Of a stretch of 56,804 bases of DNA, positions 1-8,829 are shown piece after piece. How positions within the stretch are numbered: the first letter of the stretch is position 1; the number at the start of each line of letters is the position of its first letter. The DNA is from Candidatus Omnitrophica bacterium UBA6215. Lineage in GTDB: Bacteria; Omnitrophota; Gorgyraeia; Pluralincolimonadales; Pluralincolimonadaceae. Position numbers and translations under genes: made by a program. Location: positions 447,900 through 504,703 of the forward strand of contig DISH01000004.1 in the NCBI GenBank assembly GCA_002421665.1. The letters run 5' to 3'. Under the pieces are notes generated by a model, which had not been told where the DNA came from, did not search any database, and saw nothing but the letters and a program-made list of their open reading frames with translations.

Positions 1-1
1 C

Positions 2-1180
2 GAACGCCTGGAAACCCTGCGCTCAAATAACAAGCTTCTCGAGGCGCAAAGGCTGGAGCAGAGGACAAATTACGACATGGAGATGCTCAGGGAGATAGGC
101 TATTGCCACGGTGTCGAGAATTATTCCAGGCACCTGGGAGGAAAGCCGCCAGGGACCAGGCCTTATTGCCTTATAGATTATTTCCCGGATGATTTCCTCA
201 TGATAATAGATGAATCCCACGTGACCATCCCCCAGATCAGGGGTATGTTCGAAGGCGACCGCGCGAGGAAGACGACGCTTGTCGATTTCGGCTTCCGCCT
301 TCCTTCTTGCCTAGATAACAGGCCTCTCAGGTTCGATGAGTTCGAGAGCCTGATGAAGCAGGCCGTATTCGCCTCAGCCACGCCGTCAGAATACGAGATA
401 CGCAAGTCCGGAGCGAGGGTCATAGAACAGGTTATCAGGCCTACGGGGCTTGTTGACCCGGAGATAATCATTAAGCCGGTCGGGGGCCAGGTGGATGATA
501 TAATCGAACGCATAAGGGAAAGGGCCGCAAAGAAAGAGCGGGTGCTCGTAACGACACTGACCAAGCGCATGGCGGAAGACCTTTCGGAATACCTTGAAGA
601 CCTTGAACTGCGCGTCAAATATATACATTCGGACATAGACGCCATAGAAAGGGTAAAGATACTAAAAGAGCTGCGGCTTGGGGAATTCGATTGCCTGGTG
701 GGCGTAAACCTGCTCAGGGAAGGGCTCGACCTGCCCGAGGTGTCGCTCGTTGCAGTCCTGGACGCCGATAAGGAGGGATTCCTGCGGTCCGAAACCTCGC
801 TTATCCAGCTTGCCGGACGCGCTGCGCGGCACATTAACGGACAGGTCATAATGTATGCGGACAATATTACCGGTTCGCTCAAGCGGGCAATAGATGAAAC
901 AAAACGTAGACGAAACCTGCAATTAGAGTATAATATGAAAAACGATATAACCCCGAGATCCATAAATAAAGCCATACGCGAAGGTATAGAGATGCTGCGT
1001 GATGCCGAAGAAGTGGAGATGGAAGCGGCAGGGATAGGGGCCGAGGGTTATGATACTGAAAAGGTAATAGAGGATCTCGAATACGAGATGGACCTGGCGG
1101 CGCGTAACCTGCAGTTCGAAAAAGCAGCCGCTATAAGGGATAAGATAATCGCGTTAAAGGATAGATTGAATGGACGATAA
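2..1180 (+). CDS. uvrB: Excinuclease ABC subunit B (UvrB), C-terminal ~392 aa; 5' end lies outside the window
   Basis: Frame 2 is open to the window edge ([29 protein letters not shown]...). UvrB hallmarks: [13 protein letters not shown], helicase C-domain [18 protein letters not shown] and [24 protein letters not shown]-terminal UVR motif [13 protein letters not shown]. Confidence 0.95.
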   Translation, partial: ERLETLRSNNKLLEAQRLEQRTNYDMEMLREIGYCHGVENYSRHLGGKPPGTRPYCLIDYFPDDFLMIIDESHVTIPQIRGMFEGDRARKTTLVDFGFRLPSCLDNRPLRFDEFESLMKQAVFASATPSEYEIRKSGARVIEQVIRPTGLVDPEIIIKPVGGQVDDIIERIRERAAKKERVLVTTLTKRMAEDLSEYLEDLELRVKYIHSDIDAIERVKILKELRLGEFDCLVGVNLLREGLDLPEVSLVAVLDADKEGFLRSETSLIQLAGRAARHINGQVIMYADNITGSLKRAIDETKRRRNLQLEYNMKNDITPRSINKAIREGIEMLRDAEEVEMEAAGIGAEGYDTEKVIEDLEYEMDLAARNLQFEKAAAIRDKIIALKDRLNGR

Positions 1181-2129
1181 GATATTGAACATGTTCCGCT
1201 CCTCCAACGGAGAGTTCATATCGGGAGAGGATATAAGCGAGAAGTTCGGGATATCCCGCGCAGCCGTATGGAAACACATCGAACAACTGCGTAAGGACGG
1301 CTACGAGATAACGGGGGAGCCGCATGTCGGTTACCGTCTTACCGGCACCCCCGACAAACTGATACCGGAAGAGCTTTCATACAAACTCGATACAAAGACG
1401 ATCGGCAGGAAGATATACTCCTACGAATCAACGGACTCGACAAACGACATCGCGCACAGGCTTGCTCAGTCTGGGTCGCCGGAAGGCACGGCGGTATTTA
1501 GCGAGAGCCAATCCAGGGGGCGGGGAAGAATGGGCAGGCATTGGGTCTCCCCCAAAGGAAAAGGGATATATTTTTCGTTCATATTAAGGCCGGACGTCCC
1601 CCCGGCAGAAGCTCCGAAGATAACGCTGATGTCCGCTGTAGGCGTCGCCCTCGCCATAAGGAAGATAACGCACCTCGGGGCCCTGATAAAATGGCCTAAC
1701 GATATACTGGTGAACAACAGGAAGGCCGTCGGGATACTTACCGAGATGAGCGCCGAGGTCAATACGGTCAGCTATATTGTCCTGGGCATCGGGATAAACG
1801 TCAATACCCACAGGAACGACCTGCCTAAGGAGGCGACTTCGCTCAAGGCGGAGGCAGACGGAGAAGTGTCCCGCGTCGAGCTCGCCCGTGAGGTCCTAAG
1901 GGAGCTCGATAGGCAGTACCGCGTATTTAATGAAAAAGGGTTCAGGAAGATAATAGACGAGTGGAAAGGCCTTTCGCACACCCTCGGAGAGGAAGTCAAA
2001 ATAACATGCCATGGCAGGAAGATAGAAGGCACCGCCGTTGATCTCGATATGTCAGGCGCTTTGGTAGTTCGACTCGATAACGGCTTCACGCAGCATGTCA
2101 CTGCCGGTGACGTGCTTATGGTAAGGTAA
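1170..2129 (+). CDS. birA: Bifunctional biotin-[acetyl-CoA-carboxylase] ligase / biotin operon repressor
   Basis: N-terminal wHTH ([31 protein letters not shown]). Biotin ligase core with [11 protein letters not shown] and KWPNDILV. 11-nt overlap with the uvrB end. Confidence 0.9.
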   Translation: MDDKILNMFRSSNGEFISGEDISEKFGISRAAVWKHIEQLRKDGYEITGEPHVGYRLTGTPDKLIPEELSYKLDTKTIGRKIYSYESTDSTNDIAHRLAQSGSPEGTAVFSESQSRGRGRMGRHWVSPKGKGIYFSFILRPDVPPAEAPKITLMSAVGVALAIRKITHLGALIKWPNDILVNNRKAVGILTEMSAEVNTVSYIVLGIGINVNTHRNDLPKEATSLKAEADGEVSRVELAREVLRELDRQYRVFNEKGFRKIIDEWKGLSHTLGEEVKITCHGRKIEGTAVDLDMSGALVVRLDNGFTQHVTAGDVLMVR

Positions 2130-2134
2130 TTAAA

Positions 2135-2845
2135 ATGGGGGCCGTCATATCCGATTCTCAAGCCCTTAAGGATTTTTATAACGGCGTCTACGCCAAGGGC
2201 GATATTCGCGATAACGAAAAACTCTACAAATGGATAGTAAAGCTTTGCAGACCCAAACCGGGCAACAGGCTTCTCGATATCGCCTGCGGCATTGGGCTGG
2301 TATTGAAAGCGGGAAATGAAGCGGGGCTCAAGACCTGCGGCCTGGATATATCGGATGAGGCAATAAAACGGGCAAAAGCAATATCCCCGGAGTCCGAACT
2401 GGTCGTGGGGGACGGGGAGAACCTGCCGTGGCCCGACTGCTCGTTCGATCATGTCACTTCCCTCGGCAGCCTCGAACACTACCTGGACCCCGAAAAAGGC
2501 ATCAGGGAGATAGCGAGGATCCTTAAACCCGGCGCAACGGCGGTCATAATGCTGCCGAACAGCCATCCTTTCGGTGAAATAATAAAGGTTGCTTTTACCG
2601 GAAAGAGTTCCGATGAATGGCAAGCGGTCGAGCGCCACGCAACGGTATCGCAATGGAAGGAGCTCCTTGAGAATAACGGGCTTAAGGTCAGGAAGATGGC
2701 GGGGTACAATAAGTACCCAGAGTTCTTTAGGCCCGGGACGCGCAAGATCAAATCCCTGAGAAAATTCATAATCACCTGTTTTTTCCGTTACCTGACACCG
2801 TTCAACCTTTCGCAGCAATTCGTATACATATGCGAAAAGAAATAG
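2135..2845 (+). CDS. Class I SAM-dependent methyltransferase, substrate unknown
   Basis: SAM motif I LLDIACGIGLV, then LDISDEAI and a typical post-I/II spacing. 236 aa. Confidence 0.75.
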   Translation: MGAVISDSQALKDFYNGVYAKGDIRDNEKLYKWIVKLCRPKPGNRLLDIACGIGLVLKAGNEAGLKTCGLDISDEAIKRAKAISPESELVVGDGENLPWPDCSFDHVTSLGSLEHYLDPEKGIREIARILKPGATAVIMLPNSHPFGEIIKVAFTGKSSDEWQAVERHATVSQWKELLENNGLKVRKMAGYNKYPEFFRPGTRKIKSLRKFIITCFFRYLTPFNLSQQFVYICEKK

Positions 2846-2854
2846 GTATGCGAT

Positions 2855-3580
2855 ATGCTTTTAACCGTTGATATAGGCAACACCAGCGCTGCATTCGGGA
2901 TATTCAGCGGAAAGACCCTTGTCCGCAACTGGAAGGTCTCGACCCGTGAGATATTATACGGCAAGACATTAAAGCTTCCGGAGGAAAAGGTAACCCGCTC
3001 GATAATATCGAGTGTAGTGCCTAAAGCGACGCCTGCGGTTAAAAGGGCGGCGGCGCGTAAATACGGGATAGTCCCGCTTGTGCTCGGAGAGAACATAAAG
3101 GCACCGATAAAGAACCTTTACAAGAAGCCGCGGCAGGTCGGGCAGGACCGTCTCGTGAACGCAATAGCGGCAAAAGAACTATACGGTTACCCTGCCATAG
3201 TAGTGGATTTCGGTACGGCGATAACCTTTGACGTCGTATCCAAAAAAGGAGAGTACCTTGGCGGGTTGATATTCCCGGGGATAGAGACATCGCTCAATGC
3301 CCTGTCCGAAAAGGCCGCGCTCCTTCCCAGAATAAGCGTAACACCCCCGAAAGGCCTGATCGGCCGCGATACCGCCGACAGCATCAAGAGCGGCGTATTT
3401 TACGGGATCGGATCGCTCTGCGACGGGATCATATCAAAACTTGATTCCGCAAAATCCGGCAGGACGACGGTTGTAGCTACCGGTGGACATGCATTAGTTA
3501 TATCGAGATTTACTAAGTATATAAGGCTTATCGATCCCCACCTGACCTTGCATGGCCTAAGGATAATCGCCCAAAAATAA
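2855..3580 (+). CDS. coaX: Type III pantothenate kinase
   Basis: MLLTVDIGNTSAAFGIF, VDFGTAITFDV and TVVATGGHA match the CoaX (ASKHA fold) phosphate motifs. 241 aa. Confidence 0.9.
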   Translation: MLLTVDIGNTSAAFGIFSGKTLVRNWKVSTREILYGKTLKLPEEKVTRSIISSVVPKATPAVKRAAARKYGIVPLVLGENIKAPIKNLYKKPRQVGQDRLVNAIAAKELYGYPAIVVDFGTAITFDVVSKKGEYLGGLIFPGIETSLNALSEKAALLPRISVTPPKGLIGRDTADSIKSGVFYGIGSLCDGIISKLDSAKSGRTTVVATGGHALVISRFTKYIRLIDPHLTLHGLRIIAQK

Positions 3581-3588
3581 AATTTTTC

Positions 3589-3616
3589 TTGACAAAATCT
3601 GCAGGAATCGTATAAT
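3589..3616 (+). promoter_or_regulatory. Sigma-70-type promoter of the groES-groEL-groES operon
   Basis: TTGACA (3589-3594), 16 nt, TATAAT (3611-3616), directly upstream of CIRCE. Confidence 0.7.
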
Positions 3617-3627
3617 AATACACAAAA

Positions 3628-3654
3628 TTAGCACTCGTAATATTGGAGTGCTAA
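3628..3654 (+). promoter_or_regulatory. CIRCE element (HrcA operator)
   Basis: TTAGCACTC-GTAATATTG-GAGTGCTAA is a perfect match to the CIRCE consensus TTAGCACTC-N9-GAGTGCTAA. It lies between the -10 box and the groES ATG (3699). Confidence 0.92.
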
Positions 3655-3698
3655 TTTCTTCGTTTTTCCCGGAAATTCAAACTAATCGGAGGTGTTAA

Positions 3699-3986
3699 AT
3701 GGCAGTTCAACCGTTAGGCGACAGGCTTCTTGTCAAGCCCATGGAGAGTGAGGAGAAGACCAAGGGCGGCATAATCCTGCCGGATACGGCTAAGGAGAAA
3801 CCGTCCAAAGGCAAGGTAGTTGCCGTTGGCAAAGGCAAACTTCTTGATGACGGCAAGGTAAAGGAACTCGAAGTAAAGGTCGGCGATGTGGTTTTATACG
3901 GACGCTATGGCGGCACCGAGATCAAATATAAGGATGAGGAGTTGCTCATCCTGAGAGAATCTGAAGTACTGGCGATAGTTAAGTGA
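3699..3986 (+). CDS. groES: Co-chaperonin GroES (copy 1)
   Basis: 95 aa. [10 protein letters not shown], mobile loop [32 protein letters not shown] at 3688-3692. Confidence 0.95.
   Translation: MAVQPLGDRLLVKPMESEEKTKGGIILPDTAKEKPSKGKVVAVGKGKLLDDGKVKELEVKVGDVVLYGRYGGTEIKYKDEELLILRESEVLAIVK
3749..3803 (+). repeat. 55-nt tract identical to 5769-5823 (groES copy 2)
   Basis: TGAGGAGAAGACCAAGGGCGGCATAATCCTGCCGGATACGGCTAAGGAGAAACCG is present in both groES paralogues with zero differences, while flanking codons are heavily diverged. Confidence 0.9.
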
Positions 3987-3996
3987 TATCGGTGAA

Positions 3997-4042
3997 CATC
4001 CGCCAATAACTTGGCGGATGCATAATTCGCCCCTCATGGGGC
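3997..4042 (+). promoter_or_regulatory. Two adjacent perfect hairpins in the groES-groEL spacer (possible processing or stability element)
   Basis: CATCCGCCAA-TAAC-TTGGCGGATG (3997-4020) and GCCCC-TCAT-GGGGC (4029-4042). No T-tract follows, so this is not a canonical terminator. Confidence 0.35.
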
Positions 4043-4063
4043 TCATTAAGGAGGGAACGAGAA

Positions 4064-5695
4064 GTGGCTAAGCAATTACTTTATAACGAGGAAGCAAGGC
4101 GCAAGATACTTTCGGGCGTCGAGCAGCTCTCGAAAGCGGTAAAAGTAACCCTCGGCCCGAAAGGCCGCAATGTTGTACTGGACAAGAAATTCGGTTCACC
4201 AACGATAACCAAGGACGGCGTGACCGTAGCCAAAGAAATAGAGCTCGCGGACCCGTTCGAGAATATGGGCGCGGAGATGGTAAAGGAGGTTGCCAGCAAG
4301 ACCTCAGATAACGCCGGTGACGGCACCACCACCGCTACACTCCTTACAGAAGCCATATACAGGGAAGGCCTCAAGAACGTCACTGCGGGCGCCAATCCCA
4401 TGGCCCTGAAACGCGGTATCGACAAGGCCGTTGAGGAAGTCTTCGAACAGTTGAAGAAGATATCCAAGCCTATCGGCAAAGACAAGAAAGAAATATCACA
4501 GGTAGCTACGATCGCCGCCAATAATGACAAGGCGATAGGCGACCAGATAGCCGAAGCAATGGACAAGGTCGGCAAGGACGGCGTCATAACCGTCGAGGAA
4601 GCAAAATCGACCGAGACGACCCTCAAGGTCGTAGAGGGCATGCAGTTCGACCAGGGCTACCTTTCGCCGTATTTCGTCACGGACGCCGAAAGGATGGAAG
4701 CTTCTCTTGAGGACCCGTACATCCTCATACATGAGAAAAAGATATCCAACATCAAGGACATGCTCCCGTTGTTGGAAAGGATAGCCAAGAGCGGCAGGCC
4801 TCTTTTGATAATAGCCGAAGAAGTCGACGGAGAGGCGCTTGCCACACTGGTCATCAACAAGATCCGCGGTACTTTCGCATGCTGCGCCGTCAAGGCCCCG
4901 GGCTACGGCGACAGGAGAAAAGCGATGCTTGAGGATATTGCCGTATTGACCGGCGGTATCGCCATAACCGAGGACCTCGGGAGGAAACTCGAGAACATAG
5001 ACCTTAACGAGCTCGGCCGCGCAAAGAGGGTCACCATCGACAAAGAGAACACCACAATAGTCGAGGGTGCCGGCAAGACTTCCGACATCAAGGGCAGGAT
5101 AGAGCAGATAAAGGCCCAGATATCGAAGTCGGATTCCGATTACGATAAAGAGAAGCTCCAGGAGAGGCTCGCTAAACTTTCCGGCGGTGTAGCCGTCATC
5201 AATGTCGGTGCAGCGACTGAGTCGGAGATGAAAGAGAAGAAGGCGCGCGTAGAAGACGCTTTGCACGCGACCAGGGCTGCCGTCGAAGAGGGCATAGTCC
5301 CCGGCGGTGGTGTAGCCTTGTTGAGGTGTATACCCGCCCTTGAGAAGGTAAAGCTCTCCGGAGATGAACAGGTCGGAGCCGAGATAATAAAGAGGGCCCT
5401 TGAGGAGCCGTTGAGGCAGATAGCCTTTAACGCCGGCCTCGAAGGTTCGGTGGTCGTCGAGAACGTGAAGAAAGAGAAGACCAACGTAGGTTTCGACGTG
5501 TTCCAGTCCGATTACGTCGATATGATAGAATCCGGCGTCATTGACCCGACAAAGGTCACCAGGACCGCGCTGCAGAACGCTTCTTCGATCGCGGGTCTCC
5601 TGCTTACGACCGAGTGCCTGGTCACCGACATACCCGAAAAAGAGAAAACTCCTCCTATGCCTCCGCACGGCGGATACGGCGAGGGAATGTATTAA
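4064..5695 (+). CDS. groEL: Chaperonin GroEL
   Basis: 543 aa. GTG start 7 nt after [23 protein letters not shown]..., [25 protein letters not shown], Gly/Met-type C-terminal tail ([11 protein letters not shown]). Confidence 0.98.
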   Translation: MAKQLLYNEEARRKILSGVEQLSKAVKVTLGPKGRNVVLDKKFGSPTITKDGVTVAKEIELADPFENMGAEMVKEVASKTSDNAGDGTTTATLLTEAIYREGLKNVTAGANPMALKRGIDKAVEEVFEQLKKISKPIGKDKKEISQVATIAANNDKAIGDQIAEAMDKVGKDGVITVEEAKSTETTLKVVEGMQFDQGYLSPYFVTDAERMEASLEDPYILIHEKKISNIKDMLPLLERIAKSGRPLLIIAEEVDGEALATLVINKIRGTFACCAVKAPGYGDRRKAMLEDIAVLTGGIAITEDLGRKLENIDLNELGRAKRVTIDKENTTIVEGAGKTSDIKGRIEQIKAQISKSDSDYDKEKLQERLAKLSGGVAVINVGAATESEMKEKKARVEDALHATRAAVEEGIVPGGGVALLRCIPALEKVKLSGDEQVGAEIIKRALEEPLRQIAFNAGLEGSVVVENVKKEKTNVGFDVFQSDYVDMIESGVIDPTKVTRTALQNASSIAGLLLTTECLVTDIPEKEKTPPMPPHGGYGEGMY

Positions 5696-5718
5696 TCAAC
5701 AACCCCAAGGAGGAATAA

Positions 5719-6006
5719 ATGAACCTTAAGCCATTAGGTGATAAAGTAATAGTGGAGGTATTGAGCGCTGAGGAGAAGACCAAGGGCGGCATAATCCTGC
5801 CGGATACGGCTAAGGAGAAACCGCAGGAGGCAAAGGTCATAGCCGTAGGTTCCGGAAAAGTTCTGGATAACGGAAAGACCGTAGCGCCCGAAGTAAAGAC
5901 CGGGGATATTGTCATCTTCGGCAAATACTCCGGAAGCGAAGTCAAGGTCGACGGCAAGGAATACCTTATCATCGACAGTGACGACATCCTCGCGGTGGTC
6001 AAGTAA
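5719..6006 (+). CDS. groES: Co-chaperonin GroES (copy 2, downstream of groEL)
   Basis: 95 aa. [44 protein letters not shown] at 5707-5713. Roughly half the residues are identical to copy 1 by eye. Confidence 0.9.
   Translation: MNLKPLGDKVIVEVLSAEEKTKGGIILPDTAKEKPQEAKVIAVGSGKVLDNGKTVAPEVKTGDIVIFGKYSGSEVKVDGKEYLIIDSDDILAVVK
5769..5823 (+). repeat. 55-nt tract identical to 3749-3803 (groES copy 1)
   Basis: Same 55-mer as in copy 1. It covers the codons for (S/A)[18 protein letters not shown], the GroES mobile loop. Confidence 0.9.
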
Positions 6007-6022
6007 CGAACGCCATACCAAA

Positions 6023-6052
6023 CCCCCCGATCTTGTGATCGGGGGGTTTTTT
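6023..6052 (+). terminator. Rho-independent terminator of the chaperonin operon
   Basis: CCCCCCGATC-TTGT-GATCGGGGGG followed by TTTTTT. Confidence 0.88.
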
Positions 6053-6113
6053 ATTGACTTTTCGGGCGGGTTTTTGTATCATAATCTCCTAAATTCAAGG
6101 AGGTTCCTGTTAT

Positions 6114-7274
6114 ATGGGTGAATATATAGGTATTGGGAGGAAGGCCCGCCGCTGTTACGGATTCGATGAAATAGCTCTTGCCCCGGGACGGGTCACGATA
6201 AACCCCGCCGAAGTTGACACAAGCTGGAAGATAGACGGGAAGAAATTCAACGTGCCTATTCTCGCCGCGGCCATGGACGGTGTCGTCGACGTAAAATTCG
6301 CCATAGCCATGGGCAAGCTCGGCGGTATCGCCGTATTGAACCTGGAAGGGGTCCAAACCAGATATGACGATCCCGATGAGGTCCTCGAACAACTCGTAAA
6401 AGCCGACCCCGAAAAAGCAACCGAGATAATCCAGTCTATATACACCAAGCCCATACAGGAAAAACTCGTAGAGAAGAGGATACGCCAGATAAAAGAGGCC
6501 GATGTTCCCGCCGTAGTCAGCGCCATACCGCAGCGCGCCGAAAGGTTCGGCAGGATCGCCCAGGATGCCGGCGCGGATATCTTCGTCATACAATCAACCG
6601 TCAGCACGGTAAAGCACATCTCAAAGGAATATAAGGCCCTCGACATAAAGAAATTCTGCAAATCGACCAAGATACCTGTCGTAGTCGGAAACTGCGTCGG
6701 ATATGAGGTCGCCATGGACCTGATGAAAGGCGGCGCTTCCGCAATACTCGTCGGCATAGGCCCTGGGGCCGCATGCACCACTAGGGGCGTCCTCGGCATA
6801 GGCGTCCCGCAGGTAACGGCCACCGTAGACTGCGCCGCCGCGCGCGACGTCTTCTACAGGAAGAACAAGAGATATGTCCCGATAATCACCGACGGCGGGA
6901 TGAGGGCGGGCGGTGATATTTGCAAGGCGTTAGCTTGCGGCTCGGATGCCGTAATGGTCGGCTCTGCATTCGCGAGGGCTGTTGAGGCACCCGGACGCGG
7001 ATACCACTGGGGAATGGCAACACCCCACGCCAACCTGCCGAGAGGTACCAGGATACATGTAGGCACCACCGGAACATTGGAAGAGATATTATTCGGGCCC
7101 GCCAGGTTCGACGACGGCTCGCAGAACCTTATGGGAGCATTGCAGACATCGATGGGCTCTGTCGGAGCGATGAGCATGAAAGAATTCCAGAAGACCGAGA
7201 TAATCATAGCTCCATCCATCAGGACCGAGGGAAAGATATTTCAGCAGGCCCAAAGAGTAGGGATGGGCAAATAA
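6114..7274 (+). CDS. IMP dehydrogenase family protein lacking the CBS/Bateman insert (GuaB3-type length)
   Basis: 386 aa TIM-barrel IMPDH/GMPR family. NVPILAAAMDGV; catalytic-loop-like VGIGPGAACTTR retains the Cys; GGMRAGGDICKALACGSDAVMVGS. Putative promoter TTGACT (6054-6059), 17 nt, TATCAT. AAGGAGG SD. Confidence 0.8.
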   Translation: MGEYIGIGRKARRCYGFDEIALAPGRVTINPAEVDTSWKIDGKKFNVPILAAAMDGVVDVKFAIAMGKLGGIAVLNLEGVQTRYDDPDEVLEQLVKADPEKATEIIQSIYTKPIQEKLVEKRIRQIKEADVPAVVSAIPQRAERFGRIAQDAGADIFVIQSTVSTVKHISKEYKALDIKKFCKSTKIPVVVGNCVGYEVAMDLMKGGASAILVGIGPGAACTTRGVLGIGVPQVTATVDCAAARDVFYRKNKRYVPIITDGGMRAGGDICKALACGSDAVMVGSAFARAVEAPGRGYHWGMATPHANLPRGTRIHVGTTGTLEEILFGPARFDDGSQNLMGALQTSMGSVGAMSMKEFQKTEIIIAPSIRTEGKIFQQAQRVGMGK

Positions 7275-7283
7275 CGGACAAAA

Positions 7284-8828
7284 ATGCCGCAACAGGAAAC
7301 AGTCCTTGTATTGGATTTTGGCTCGCAGTATAATCAGCTGATAGCACGCCGTGTAAGGGAGAACAGGGTGTTCTCCAGGATAGTGCCCCACGATATCACG
7401 GCCGAAGAGATCCTAAGGTTCGCGCCTAAAGGGCTTATACTCTCGGGAGGTCCCGCCTCCATATACGGCCCGAAGGCCCCCAAACCCAACAAAGAGATCT
7501 TAGGTCTCGGGATACCGGTCCTCGGCATATGTTACGGGATGCAGGCGATGTCGCATATGCTCGGCGGCGGCGTTACCAGGGCAAAGAAACGCGAGTACGG
7601 CCACGCAGAACTCCTCATTGACGACCCCGGGGACCTCTTTTCGGGAATAGACAATAAATCTATCTGCTGGATGAGCCATGGCGACTATGTATCAAAACTG
7701 CCGCCGGGTTTCAGGAAACTAGCCCATACATCCAATACCGGTTTCGCCGCCATAGCCGACAGAAGCCGCGGTCTCTTCGGCGTCCAGTTCCATCCGGAAG
7801 TCGCCCATACCCCTAAGGGCGCGGAGATGATATCAAATTTCCTTTTCAGGATATGCGGCTGTAAGGGCGAATGGACCGCCCAATCCTTTATTGAAGATAC
7901 CGTAAAAAGCATAAGGTCTTTTGTAGGGGACGGCAAAGTAGTCTGCGGCCTTTCGGGCGGGGTGGATTCATCGGTGGCAGCCGTCCTGATAAACAAGGCA
8001 ATAGGCAAACGCCTTATCTGCATATTCATAAATAACGGCGTGCTCCGCAAAGGCGAAGCCGACCGTGTCATAAAGACTTTCAAGAAGCATTTCCACATCA
8101 ATCTGAAATATGTCAATGCCGAGAAGAGGTTCCTCAAAAAACTCAAAGGCGTATTCGACCCGGAGAAGAAGAGGAAGCTAATAGGGCACGAATTCATACG
8201 CGTATTCGAGGAAGAAGCAAAGAAGCTGGGTAAGATCTCATTTCTCGCCCAAGGTACCCTTTACCCGGACGTCATCGAATCGAAATCGGCTTTCGGCGGG
8301 CCCTCGGCTACCATAAAATCCCACCATAATGTGGGGGGGCTCCCTCAGAGGATGAAACTCAAGCTCGTGGAACCGTTGCGCGAGCTCTTCAAGGACGAAG
8401 TTAGGGTTGTCGGCAAAGCCATGGGACTTTCGGATGAGATTACGCAACGCCAGCCTTTTCCGGGCCCGGGTCTAGCAATAAGGGTCATAGGCGATATCAC
8501 CAAGGAACGCCTGGATATACTCCGCGAGGCCGACGCCATAGTCATAGAAGAGATAAAAGCCGCCGGTTTCTACCGCGAAGTATGGCAATCTTTCGCGGTG
8601 CTGCTGCCGATAAAGACCGTCGGTGTAATGGGAGACGAACGCACTTACGAGAACGTCATTGCCCTGCGCGCGGTAACCAGTGCCGACGGGATGACCGCCG
8701 ATTGGGCAAAACTCCCGTACGACCTTCTCGGCAAGATATCAAACAGGATAATAAACGAGGTAAGAGGGGTCAACAGGGTCGTATACGATATCAGCTCAAA
8801 ACCCCCTTCTACGATCGAATGGGAATAA
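7284..8828 (+). CDS. guaA: GMP synthase (glutamine-hydrolysing)
   Basis: GATase-1 domain (GICYGMQ, FHPE), ATP-PPase P-loop SGGVDSSV, C-terminal dimerisation domain ending PPSTIEWE. Confidence 0.95.
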   Translation: MPQQETVLVLDFGSQYNQLIARRVRENRVFSRIVPHDITAEEILRFAPKGLILSGGPASIYGPKAPKPNKEILGLGIPVLGICYGMQAMSHMLGGGVTRAKKREYGHAELLIDDPGDLFSGIDNKSICWMSHGDYVSKLPPGFRKLAHTSNTGFAAIADRSRGLFGVQFHPEVAHTPKGAEMISNFLFRICGCKGEWTAQSFIEDTVKSIRSFVGDGKVVCGLSGGVDSSVAAVLINKAIGKRLICIFINNGVLRKGEADRVIKTFKKHFHINLKYVNAEKRFLKKLKGVFDPEKKRKLIGHEFIRVFEEEAKKLGKISFLAQGTLYPDVIESKSAFGGPSATIKSHHNVGGLPQRMKLKLVEPLRELFKDEVRVVGKAMGLSDEITQRQPFPGPGLAIRVIGDITKERLDILREADAIVIEEIKAAGFYREVWQSFAVLLPIKTVGVMGDERTYENVIALRAVTSADGMTADWAKLPYDLLGKISNRIINEVRGVNRVVYDISSKPPSTIEWE

Positions 8829-8829
8829 T

